Positions 47,896 to 57,750 are shown, numbered from the stretch's first letter. The stretch is DNA of 64,000 nt from an uncultured virus (IMG/VR IMGVR_UViG_3300046008_001858) (IMGVR_UViG_3300046008_001858); one strand, 5' to 3'. The notes: generated by a model from the sequence alone, not told the origin. Made by a program: numbers and translations.

Positions 47896-50082
47896 TCAAC
47901 CATTAAACAAAAATAACTCTCTCAACTCCTCATCTCCCATCTTACTTAGATAAGATAAATTTCCTCCATTCATTGTTTTATCAAATAGATCTTTTTTAGA
48001 AATTAGCATATCATTAATTTTTTCTTCAAAAGTTCCTTTTGATATAAATCTTGAAACGAAAACTTCTTTTTGTTGACCACGTCTATGGGCCCTATCAGTG
48101 GCCTGGTTTTCAACTGCAGGATTAAACCATAAATCATAATGTACTACATGATTTGCCTCAACTATATTAAGCCCTGTACCACCTGCTTTTAGTGAAATGA
48201 TCAAGATATCATATGAATCTGTTTTAAACGCTTGTAGCGTCTCTAAACGCTGTTCTACGTTCATTCCACCATGAAATATTAATGTGTTATCAAATTCATC
48301 TGCCAAAATATTTAACATCCTCACATATTGTGTAAAAATGATAATTTTTTCTTTATTTTTTCGGACTTTATTAATTATTTCTTTTAATTCATTTAATTTA
48401 CCAGAATTTAAGTTTAAGAATTCTTCAGAATAATTTCCTGGATGATTACAAGCCTGTTTCAATCTTGTAATTGTAGATAAAATTATTCCTAATCTTTTTC
48501 CATTCTCATCTCCAGATAATTTTTCAATTTCTTTTAAAGAATCTTCCACAATTTTATTATAAATCAATTCTTGCTCTGGTTCTAAAGAAATAATAACATC
48601 TTCTATATATTTTTCTGGTAACGGTAAAATACTTTTATCTCGTCTTAATATAAATGGATCTATTGTTTTTTTCAACATAACTAGTAACTGATCCGAGATG
48701 TCTTTAGTTTTATATTTTGAAGAAAAATCAGATTTGCTACCTAAATAACCAGGTATTATAAAATTAAAAATTGACCAGAGGTCCATTAAATTATTTTCTA
48801 CAGGAGTCCCTGTTAAAGCTATTTTAGAATAACTTTGAATCTCATTTAATTTTTTAGCAATAACACTATCAAAATTTTTAATTTTTTGAGCTTCATCTAT
48901 AACTATTAAATCCCATTTTGTATCTCTTAATAATTGATCATAAGTAACTGTTCCGTAAGTTGTAAGAACTATATCTGTATCATGTATTTTTCTTCCTGCT
49001 CCATAATAAAATGAAGATGTTAATTCAGAAAACGATTCTATTTCATATTCCCAATTTAATAACACTGCAGTAGGAACAATTATCAATACTTTTAGATCTT
49101 GCTGAGTGTTCTTTAAATATTGAATTGTCGTTATCGTTTGAAGTGTTTTTCCAAGGCCCATATCATCTGCTAAAATAGAACCGAATCCATTTAAATAATT
49201 ATTTACTAACCATTGAACACCTTCTTTTTGATATTCTTCTAATGTAACTATTTTCATTACAGGAACTTCAATTTCTTTGAATTCTATTTTATTTGCAATA
49301 AATTCATTAATTTTATCATTCATATTTGTTGTATCTTGAATATATTCTCTGACAACATCGATATATGACAATTCTTCTTCTTTTTCTATTTCTTTTAAAA
49401 AATCTTCATCGATTTCTATTAATTTATCTTTATAAAAAAGAATATTTCCATTTATTTTGTCTTTAAATAGAGTAAGATCTAGAGTTTCATCGTCTATTAT
49501 TACTTTTCTTTTAAAAATATCATCTTGTGTGAAAAATGATTCACTATCTGGAAAAATTCCAATTTTAGCTTTACTTTTTTCGCCTTTATATATGATATTT
49601 ATTCCATAAGATTTTAATCTTTCAATTTCAGAATAAATTGCTTTAAAGTCATCTATTGAAATTAATGCACCTTCTTTAAAACTAATGATTCTTTTTAATA
49701 ATTTAGATTTTAAGAAAGAAGTTTTTGCTTTATTTTTCTGATCACAAAATAAAGATACTCCGTCATCTGTTTTTTCAATAATTAAATCAACTTCATTCAA
49801 ATGAAATACTTGTTGAAAATGAATATTTTTTTCTGAAGAAATATGTTTAAATATTTTTGTAAATTTTTTACCATCTTTATTTATGGATAAATTAATTTTA
49901 TCTTCAAGATTTTTTTTAATTTCTTCATTTAATAAATAATTAATAGATGGCAATAATTTAAATTCTTTTTGTAGATTTATATATGAATTAGCGGCAATAA
50001 CTTTTCTTAGATCCTCATCTATATCAATATTCTTCAATATTTTTTTAAGATATTTTAAAATTTTATTTTTTAATAATTTCAA
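47896..50082 (-). CDS. SNF2-family DEAD/DEAH helicase
   Basis: LADDMGLGKT, DEAQKIKN, LTGTPVEN, SLKAGGTGLN and QATDRAHRRGQ motifs. Confidence 0.95.
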   Translation of the reverse strand: MKLLKNKILKYLKKILKNIDIDEDLRKVIAANSYINLQKEFKLLPSINYLLNEEIKKNLEDKINLSINKDGKKFTKIFKHISSEKNIHFQQVFHLNEVDLIIEKTDDGVSLFCDQKNKAKTSFLKSKLLKRIISFKEGALISIDDFKAIYSEIERLKSYGINIIYKGEKSKAKIGIFPDSESFFTQDDIFKRKVIIDDETLDLTLFKDKINGNILFYKDKLIEIDEDFLKEIEKEEELSYIDVVREYIQDTTNMNDKINEFIANKIEFKEIEVPVMKIVTLEEYQKEGVQWLVNNYLNGFGSILADDMGLGKTLQTITTIQYLKNTQQDLKVLIIVPTAVLLNWEYEIESFSELTSSFYYGAGRKIHDTDIVLTTYGTVTYDQLLRDTKWDLIVIDEAQKIKNFDSVIAKKLNEIQSYSKIALTGTPVENNLMDLWSIFNFIIPGYLGSKSDFSSKYKTKDISDQLLVMLKKTIDPFILRRDKSILPLPEKYIEDVIISLEPEQELIYNKIVEDSLKEIEKLSGDENGKRLGIILSTITRLKQACNHPGNYSEEFLNLNSGKLNELKEIINKVRKNKEKIIIFTQYVRMLNILADEFDNTLIFHGGMNVEQRLETLQAFKTDSYDILIISLKAGGTGLNIVEANHVVHYDLWFNPAVENQATDRAHRRGQQKEVFVSRFISKGTFEEKINDMLISKKDLFDKTMNGGNLSYLSKMGDEELRELFLFNG

Positions 50083-50201
50083 TTTATTAATCCTTTATCT
50101 TATTTAAAATGATTTTAACATAATAGAAGTTAAATAAATATTAAAATATTCTGTATTATTCCACTAAATAAAATTAATGTTTAAACAGAGGGGATTTAAT
50201 T

Positions 50202-50648
50202 ATGTTCGAAAGAGATTCATATATAAAAAACAACTTATTAAAAAATGAAGAAATTCTTTTTTTAGCGAAAATACATCCGATTATTTTTTTATTATCTTTA
50301 AATATAATATTAGTCGCAGTATTTATAAACTACACGTTTATATATATTTTAATGTCAACATTATTAGTTTTAGTTTTATGTGCATCTGCTATATATTATT
50401 TTTCTACTGAATTTGGAGTAACAAATAAAAGAATTATTAAAAAAACAGGATTATTAAGTAGAGATACAGTTGAACTAAATTTGGAAAAAATAGAAAGCTT
50501 AAGTGTAGATCAATCAATATTTGGACGAATTTTTAATTATGGTACATTAACAGTTGTTGGTACAGGTGGAACAAGAGCAGTGGTTAATTGGGTTGAAGAT
50601 CCATTAGAATTTAGAAAAGTTTATATTGAGCATATTATGAAGAATTAA
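50202..50648 (+). CDS. Bacterial PH-domain membrane protein
   Basis: TEFGVTNKRII.KTG..IES..VDQSIFGRIFNYGT. Confidence 0.85.
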   Translation: MFERDSYIKNNLLKNEEILFLAKIHPIIFLLSLNIILVAVFINYTFIYILMSTLLVLVLCASAIYYFSTEFGVTNKRIIKKTGLLSRDTVELNLEKIESLSVDQSIFGRIFNYGTLTVVGTGGTRAVVNWVEDPLEFRKVYIEHIMKN

Positions 50649-50649
50649 G

Positions 50650-51040
50650 CCATTATCGTCGGCGAGACGCTATAAAGTATTTTTCGATTTCTTGCTGAAG
50701 ACATTACTTTCTACATGTTATGCTTTATAAATTTGCAAACTTTCCAACAAATGCCAAGCTCCTTCTTCAGTGGAAACCTGGAATTACATTCTTAACATCC
50801 CTTTGACTCTTCGGGACCACCCGATATCTCATACGAGAGCTGTTGGCGAAACATTAAGACCTACATTTGTATTTTGCTCTGGAATATAAATTAAAATCCT
50901 TATCGGCATGGTAAACCATTTTTAGATTATTCATCTAAAATTTAATTCATATCTTTCTTTTTAACGTCTTGAAGTCAAAAACAATGACAAATCGTGTAAA
51001 GTGGATTAAACTTGATAGTTTTATACCTAACCCCTATCAA
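50650..51040 (-). ncRNA. Candidate ~390-nt structured RNA
   Basis: ORF-free, GC-enriched, local hairpins, TATAAT on the minus strand at about 51050. Confidence 0.4.
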
Positions 51041-51186
51041 AAAGGTGATTATAATCATAACATATTTTTTATAAAATTATTCTTAATTATAGATAAGTAT
51101 ATTTAGATCTATTTTAAGCAACTTAAAAGCATATTTTATATATAATATTTACGAATAAAAATTCGTAGAACCGAAGAGGAGATGAA

Positions 51187-51405
51187 ATGTTACTTTCATA
51201 TTCAGATAAAATAATTTGTAAAAAATGTGTTACTGAACATAATGTTCAAGATTTATGTTTAAAAAATTGGTCTAAAACAAAAGAAGATTGCATTACAGAA
51301 ATTTGTTTTTGTGGAGAAGAATTTCAATTTTCACTTCATTCTACATATGATTTTGATAACGAAGAAGAAATCGTCTTAGGGCTATATCTTTTTGAGAATT
51401 ATTAG
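51187..51405 (+). CDS. Small zinc-binding hypothetical protein
   Basis: CKKC and CFCG motifs, GAGGAG RBS. Confidence 0.6.
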   Translation: MLLSYSDKIICKKCVTEHNVQDLCLKNWSKTKEDCITEICFCGEEFQFSLHSTYDFDNEEEIVLGLYLFENY

Positions 51406-51536
51406 GAGTTTAAAATGATTTTTTATATTGGAATAACAATTCTATTTGTTGGAATAACTATTATTTTAATAAAAATGGATAAGAATATTATAAAAGATGG
51501 AGAACTTTTTTTGGTAAGTCCTCTGCCTTAAATATA

Positions 51537-51764
51537 TTATATAATGCTTGAGAATATTTTCTCAATAGCATTTAATATCTCCTTTTGCCGTTTTGGTGAA
51601 TGACACATTGTATTACAGCATATATACTTGTAAACTACTAATCCCTTTTTATAAACTTTTTTATTCTTATAAGCTTTTTTCATTTTTTTGAAATGCTTTC
51701 TAATATATTTAGGTGAATCTATCAAAAAATCTTGAACGATATCGATATTTTTTTGCTTACTCAT
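51537..51764 (-). CDS. Hypothetical protein
   Basis: 75-aa ORF with AAGGA RBS. Confidence 0.55.
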   Translation of the reverse strand: MSKQKNIDIVQDFLIDSPKYIRKHFKKMKKAYKNKKVYKKGLVVYKYICCNTMCHSPKRQKEILNAIEKIFSSII

Positions 51765-51920
51765 AATGAGTCCTTATTGTTTATTTTTAATTAACATAAT
51801 TATATCAACAAGATATTACACTTCGATTACAATAACAGAATTGTTTTCATTCCTTTTTAAGCTTAAATTAGATAATATAAAAATAAATTAAATACTCGTA
51901 GATCTACAGGAGAGTTTATT

Positions 51921-52289
51921 ATGTACTTTAGTATCAACAGAAAAATATTTAAATATTTAAATGAAGATTTAAGAAAAGAATATGTTTATGAAATTATTTT
52001 AAAAGAAAATAGTACTAATGATATGCTTAATTATGAAGAAGAAGCTAAAATAACAAATGCTATTATTGAGATAATCAATAAAAATGAAGAATGGCATGAA
52101 AAATTTGGAATAGAACGTAAAAATGGATTAAAACAAGTAGCTGAAGATTGTTTAGTTCCAGGTGAAAGTGAAGTTTCTGGATATTATCATTTAGGGAATT
52201 TATTAATTGCTCCTTGTGATTGGAGTTGGGATGATAATGGAGATTTTGATTATTCCTTTGAAATTTATCAGAAATTTAATTCTGATTAA
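51921..52289 (+). CDS. Hypothetical protein
   Basis: 122-aa ORF with AGGAG RBS. Confidence 0.65.
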   Translation: MYFSINRKIFKYLNEDLRKEYVYEIILKENSTNDMLNYEEEAKITNAIIEIINKNEEWHEKFGIERKNGLKQVAEDCLVPGESEVSGYYHLGNLLIAPCDWSWDDNGDFDYSFEIYQKFNSD

Positions 52290-52296
52290 AGATATT

Positions 52297-52503
52297 TTAT
52301 TTTAAAATATCTTTTTCATCCATTATTTCAATAAGTCCGCAAGCAATCGCCTTATCTATACCTACAACTTCGAATTCATCGCACTCTGGACAGTGAATGT
52401 TTTCTTCATTTGGTAAAACATTATCAATTTCTTCTCCACATTCTTTGCAAATACCAACATTACTATCTCGACAAAATTTAACTTTTCTTTCTGTAAAAAA
52501 CAT
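52297..52503 (-). CDS. Small zinc-ribbon protein
   Basis: CKECG..CPEC, AGGAG RBS. Confidence 0.7.
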   Translation of the reverse strand: MFFTERKVKFCRDSNVGICKECGEEIDNVLPNEENIHCPECDEFEVVGIDKAIACGLIEIMDEKDILK

Positions 52504-52778
52504 TTTACATCTCCTTCGGTTCTATGAATTTTTATTTATATTATTATAATTAAATTGTACTTAATATTTACTTAGCTTTTATAAAATATCAAATGAAAGT
52601 CATGCCGTTTTCAGGAATACTGCTTAAAAGTTGGATGAAAATTGCTTAACCATGATAGATCCTTTTCTATTTAATTATCTGTATAAATGGAGTTAATTTT
52701 TTATAAAATGAATATAAATCAATTATTTTTTTGAAATAGTTTATATTACAAAGTAATTTTTATTCCAAGGAATTTCCA

Positions 52779-52904
52779 ATGTTCAAACACTATATTGAAA
52801 CGACTCACAAAGCTGAGCGTATTGTAGATGGGATTTATGTTGTTATCGGCATAATCCTATCAGCTGTAATGTTGTACGCAACATATGTCGCTCCAATCCA
52901 GTAA
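52779..52904 (+). CDS. Small membrane protein (41 aa)
   Basis: AAGGA RBS, single TM helix. Confidence 0.45.
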   Translation: MFKHYIETTHKAERIVDGIYVVIGIILSAVMLYATYVAPIQ

Positions 52905-53218
52905 TGGATATGGAGTTAATCATTTTATGATAATCATTTACAAAAAATAATTCATTTTTATTAAGTATTTTTTAAGTTATAGTTGTATATACTTTTGCCA
53001 TAAGAACGGTAAGGACCACTTACTTAAAAAGTCTCTTTAACTGACGAGCGGTATCCATAGGAACAGAAAGCATTTATGCGTAAATTCCAAGTATTCCTCA
53101 GCTCAATGTGCGTATTATTAGATCTACTATGGAGCGATCTTATAATAATACGGATAACAGCATGGCGTGTTGGCAGATCGTTATCCAACAGTGTGTACGA
53201 AAACACACAATTTTATAT

Positions 53219-53298
53219 GAAGATTGTAGCTCCAACTGGTTAGAGCACTGGGTGTTAACTCAGACAGGTTGTAGGTTCGAATCCTATCAATCTTCGCC
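53219..53298 (+). tRNA. Degenerate tRNA-Asn(GTT)-like gene
   Basis: CTGGG-TGTTAA-CTCAG 6-nt loop; good D and T arms. Confidence 0.55.
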
Positions 53299-53642
53299 TT
53301 TTCACTTATTCATAATAGTACTGAGGCGATTCATTTCAATCAGTAGGTTAATGTCAGATGGAGTTGAAGAACTTCTATTGCAGAAGCTGTTATTGCTAGG
53401 TAACAGTAAATACTAATCCTAGAATAGATGCATCTATTTTAGGTAATAAATTATTAAAAAACAACTTTACGATCTAAGTATTTTATAAAAATATTTATAC
53501 CGTCGAGCTTGAAAGAGGTAAAACTTGTAAAGACTCTCATTCTTTATAGGTTAAGAAGAGTTTAATAATACCTTAAATTGGGAAATGAGATTTCTGGTTT
53601 TTTGGTTTATATTGAACATGTTGCGGCGGACAAATTATATAT

Positions 53643-53709
53643 GGTAAAATCGTCTAACTGGTTAGGACAGCGAATCGCACAATATTGGTTCAAATCCAAT
53701 TTTTACCCA
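53643..53709 (+). pseudogene. tRNA-like gene with truncated anticodon arm
   Basis: GGTAAAA/TTTTACC acceptor, D arm, GCG-AAT-CGC stub, T arm, CCA. Confidence 0.6.
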
Positions 53710-53806
53710 AAAAACTTTGCAAGAGATAAAACTTCAGGTGTACGGCCAATCAGAGCACCAAAGACGAAGCGGTAAAAGTCCGAATCGATTTAGGCACGTT
53801 TTATAT

Positions 53807-53882
53807 GAAGATTGTAGCTGAATTGGTGAGAGCGTCCTCCGTAAAACGAGGGAGATGTAGGTTCGACTCCTATTGATCTTCA
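53807..53882 (+). pseudogene. tRNA-like gene with non-canonical anticodon arm
   Basis: GAAGATTG acceptor as at 53219, T arm GTAGG-TTCGACT-CCTAT. Confidence 0.55.
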
Positions 53883-53890
53883 TAAAGCAT

Positions 53891-53965
53891 CTCGTAGTAG
53901 TATAACGGATATTACAAGGCACTCCTAAGGCTTTAATAGAAGTTCGATTCTTCTCTGTGAGACCA
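53891..53965 (+). tRNA. tRNA-Arg(CCT)
   Basis: CT-CCT-AA loop, weak anticodon stem, T arm, ACCA. Confidence 0.7.
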
Positions 53966-54201
53966 TTAAATTTAATATTGAATTAAGTTTTTTATTAAAA
54001 TTTAATTCAGTGTTAGCAAACTGAGGAATTTTCTAGTTAACCTAAAGAACTATACGTATTTGAGTTTGTACGTAACCGACTCTCGATTTGGAACTACTGC
54101 AGATAAGCGAGCAGCCAACGTAGCTTAGACTTTACAGATGGTAGCCTGGCAGTTTAGAGTAAACTGTGTTACAAGTGTTTCAGCTAAGAAATGCGAAAAA
54201 T

Positions 54202-54405
54202 ACATAGTGGCGGAATAACTTTTAAGACTGATATGAAAAGTTCTTAAGTAGAAAGACGCAAGCGGTTAGTAGACGTACACCTATACATTTTCAAATAGGT
54301 AGATCTCGTGTGCAAAGTTAGGCTGGAAACCGAGTTAATGCTAGTCAGGAAAATGTAGCATGAATCTAAGCACACAATCCAATGGTGTAAGTCCATTGGC
54401 TATGT
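54202..54405 (+). ncRNA. Expanded tRNA-like RNA
   Basis: ACATAGTGGCGGAAT..AGACGC..CAATGG-TGTAAGT-CCATTG-GCTATGT. Confidence 0.65.
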
Positions 54406-54434
54406 TATAGCAGCGATTAAATTCGCATTCAAAT

Positions 54435-54656
54435 AATAGTGGTGGAATAAATATTGTTGTAGGTATGGGTGTAGCTCAGGTATATTAGAGCGCTACTGTA
54501 AAAGGTAGAGGTCGCAGTGAAAATCTGCCACGAATTGAACCGTAAGACCACGATGATAAAGACACGATTAACCAGATGTAATAATTTCGGCACTTGATAT
54601 GTCGCAAGGAGCATGTGGAGAATATCAAATCCAAGAGTGAGAGTCTCTTGGCTATT
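54435..54656 (+). ncRNA. Expanded tRNA-like RNA
   Basis: AATAGTGGTGGAAT..AGACAC..CAAGAG-TGAGAGT-CTCTTG-GCTATT. Confidence 0.65.
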
Positions 54657-54664
54657 TAATATTA

Positions 54665-54738
54665 TGAATATAGTAACTCAATTGGTTAGAGTGTCCTTCT
54701 ATGGTCAGGTTATAGGTTCGAATCCTATCTATATTCAC
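54665..54738 (+). pseudogene. tRNA-like gene with collapsed anticodon arm
   Basis: Acceptor GAATATAG/CTATATTC, canonical D and T arms. Confidence 0.6.
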
Positions 54739-55024
54739 TTAAAAATTATTAACTGCTTGATTGAATTGAACACTAGTAGATCAAGAGTCGTTTCCAAGGT
54801 TCTTTGGCTGGACGACCGTAGAGATGGAAATTCTCTCAGATACAATACGAAATTATAAGTTGTATCACATATTGTAGGTTGCAGTCAACAGGCTGTAATT
54901 AAATAGGATGATTTGAATTTATTCAAAAAGATAGAGACTTACCTACAATATTAGGATTGCTAAATTTCAGTTGAGCTTATCTTCTTTTCCAGAGTGGTGG
55001 AATTAAGAGATTTAGTCCTAAAAA

Positions 55025-55145
55025 AAATATTTAATGAAGACTATAAATGGAAAGAGGTTCGATTCCTCGGGAGGCGGAGATAACTTCAATGTCGCCTAGG
55101 TGAGCGCTGCGGCAAAATAGCTCAATTAGTTTTCACAAAATATTT
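55025..55145 (+). ncRNA. Circularly permuted tRNA mimic (YrlA-like topology), copy 1
   Basis: Long closing stem enclosing T arm, then a capped stem, then a D-like hairpin. Confidence 0.6.
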
Positions 55146-55244
55146 AAGACCGCTAGTAACGGACTAAAAGAAATACACCAGGAACTCCCGTAGAAATACG
55201 TCGTTTTTTCGAAACATAATGGGTGTACGAATCTTATTAATTAA

Positions 55245-55346
55245 TAAATATTTAATGAAGCATACTATGCGGTTCGAGCCCGTACCTACATTTGATAGGT
55301 TAAAAATCCTCTTGGAAAGGACGTAGTATGTTTCACAAAATATTTA
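55245..55346 (+). ncRNA. Circularly permuted tRNA mimic (YrlA-like topology), copy 2
   Basis: Same AAATATTTAATGAAG/TTTCACAAAATATTT scaffold; T arm GCGG-TTCGAGC-CCGT comes first. Confidence 0.65.
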
Positions 55347-55398
55347 GTTAAGAGGGTTCTGATATGCAAAATATAAAAGGTGATTTTTAATTAATAGT

Positions 55399-55559
55399 TA
55401 CATAGTGGCGGAATATAGACGCAGAGTGAGTTACAAAAATGTAAGAATAACTGTATGGTTCGGAATCTCGGTTATTCACAACTAACATAGGTAGTAGATG
55501 TCCGATCTTAGTCCTGAATAGAAAATTTTGTTCAAGAGTGAAAGTCTCTTGACTATGTA
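55399..55559 (+). ncRNA. Expanded tRNA-like RNA
   Basis: TACATAGTGGCGGAATATAGACGC..CAAGAG-TGAAAGT-CTCTTG-ACTATGTA. Confidence 0.65.
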
Positions 55560-56176
55560 TTTAAAATATTGTTCATTTTGCTGAATTCAATATATATTGA
55601 CACCAAGATGATTAGTGTAAAGTTGATATTAAAGAAAGCACCAGAAACTTTGTTTTAGTGTTGCAATCATTTCTATCACAACAGCAATATTTTTATTTAT
55701 GCACAAGGCAATCAAGGATTGTTGAAACTTGCAAGTTTGTGCATAATTAAATATCTCATTCAGTCCCAGAAGTCGTTTATGGGATTGATAGGATATTTGT
55801 TCGATAGTATAGAAACGAACTTTGAATATGGTACGAAAGTACAGAATTTAGAAATAAGTTGGCACATATTCGGCTGATCACGTACAATCAATCTTCCTTG
55901 AGTTGTATGGAGCACAAGCATTTATCTGAAACATCGGCATAAAGATTTTGGAAGTAGCTTTTTTGAAGAAAACTAGGGTTTTGCTAACATAAAAACTCAA
56001 TTACGCTTTATCCACCTCTAATTCATTACTCTCTTGTCGAGTATTAGTTATGTGCCAACGATAGGCGGCTTCTATTTAATCAAAACTTCAACCCCATATT
56101 TATCTTCATTTTAGACTTATTGTCAATTATTTTTATTAATTATTATATAATTAACTTATATAAAGGAGAAACAAAA

Positions 56177-56542
56177 ATGTCAAAAAAAACTATAAAAGAA
56201 ATTAGCGATGATTTAATGTTTGAGGGATTATCAAGTGACTACATAGAAGATGATCATTTTATTATATTTGTAAATTATTCTCAAGAGGAATTACAAGAAA
56301 TTATTTTAAATTTAACTAAACTTAAAGAAGAGATAAATGATTATGCATTTACAGCTCAAGAACTTAAAGAATTTAAAAAAGATATTAAAGATACACAAAA
56401 ATTGCTAAAAAAGTTTATTAAAATTAAAGATATGCTAAAAAAATATGGAACTTTAAGTGATATTATAGATTCTGAAAAAGAGTTAAGTGAAATTATTGAA
56501 AAATTCATAATTTTTTCAAAAAGATATAATATTCATATATAA
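56177..56542 (+). CDS. Hypothetical protein
   Basis: AGGAG RBS. Confidence 0.6.
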   Translation: MSKKTIKEISDDLMFEGLSSDYIEDDHFIIFVNYSQEELQEIILNLTKLKEEINDYAFTAQELKEFKKDIKDTQKLLKKFIKIKDMLKKYGTLSDIIDSEKELSEIIEKFIIFSKRYNIHI

Positions 56543-56648
56543 AGATATTGTTAATTTCATTGAGGTGGTTATTAATTTTTGATTACTACATATAACATTA
56601 CATATCTTTTATGTTTAATAAAAGTAATTTTGACAATGGAGTAATATC

Positions 56649-56921
56649 ATGGATACTATGGCCGAGCTTAATGCTTATAGAAAAAAGTATAATGACGAAT
56701 TCAATACAAATAAGATTTATCGTCAAGATGGAAAGAAATGGACTTTACCAGCAATGATTGTCGATGGAACTTATTCTGTAATTGGAAAGTCTTATGACTA
56801 TGAAATTTTAGGATTTAGAAAACCTATCAAAGGTGAGTATTTTGTTAGCGGAGCAATTCCTGCAGCATATAAAGCTTTAAACGATTTATCAACAGAATAT
56901 ATCGTTATTAAGCTTTTATAA
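56649..56921 (+). CDS. Hypothetical protein
   Basis: 90-aa ORF with GGAG RBS. Confidence 0.65.
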   Translation: MDTMAELNAYRKKYNDEFNTNKIYRQDGKKWTLPAMIVDGTYSVIGKSYDYEILGFRKPIKGEYFVSGAIPAAYKALNDLSTEYIVIKLL

Positions 56922-56978
56922 TTATTAATTAATTTCGTTGTTTAATTACAACGAAGTTAATTATTCATTTTATGAAAA

Positions 56979-57197
56979 TTATTTTTCAATATAAGAATAA
57001 CTTACAATTAAAAATCCATCGACTGAATAATCAATATCAATAACATTAACTTCTATATAATTATTTTCAATAGCGAATTCTGTTAATCCATTTTTTAAAC
57101 AAGTTTCCATTGCTTGAAATTCAGCAGTTGTATGTCCATAATAAATTGTTTTAACTCCAAAGTTCTCAATATTTTTATATTTAATAGTTGGTGTCAT
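56979..57197 (-). CDS. Hypothetical protein
   Basis: 72-aa ORF with AGGAG RBS. Confidence 0.6.
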   Translation of the reverse strand: MTPTIKYKNIENFGVKTIYYGHTTAEFQAMETCLKNGLTEFAIENNYIEVNVIDIDYSVDGFLIVSYSYIEK

Positions 57198-57208
57198 TTT
57201 TATACTCC

Positions 57209-57601
57209 TTATAATGAACGTTCAAATCGTTCTTTAGTATTTCCAGTTAATTCACCAATCTTAGTGATCTCAGCTTGAATTGACGGCTTATCTCTAAATA
57301 AATCCTCATACTTTTCAAGTAAAACCTTTAATTTACTTATAGAATTTTTAAAATTTTCTTCAGTTCTATCTTGAACAATTAAATCTTGAGCAAGAACTGC
57401 AGCATCCATTAGGCAAGCTTTTTCTATGCCTGTATAATTCTTTTAAATATGGATCTCCACGTCATCTCTTATACCATTACTATTAACGTCTATTCCAGCT
57501 ATTGTAGCTGCGTTAGCTGTTTCATCTGGCATTGGTGGTAAGATATATTCAGCTGCAAAGATAGATGTTGTCAACGCTATCATTAGAATTATTTTTTTCA
57601 T
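57209..57601 (-). pseudogene. Secreted protein gene interrupted by an in-frame TAA
   Basis: MKKIILMIAL..AGIDVNSNGIRDDVEIHI*KNYTGIEKACLMDAAVLAQ in one frame; stop at 57443-57445. Confidence 0.7.
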
Positions 57602-57750
57602 GAGTTCAACCTTTTTGTTTATTATATAAGAATCAACCTTAAATAAGTGTTAATTTACAAATATTTAGACTTAAATAATTAATATTATTTTTATAAAATA
57701 ATATGTATAATATTGAAAATAAAAATTCGAAGAACCAAAGGGGATTTAAA

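Noticed and set aside
53005..53075. Hammerhead-like CTGACGAG..GAAA or pistol-like GGTAAGGACC
   Set aside because: Stem II does not close with a pair before GAAA, and I could not build stems I/III or the pistol pseudoknot.
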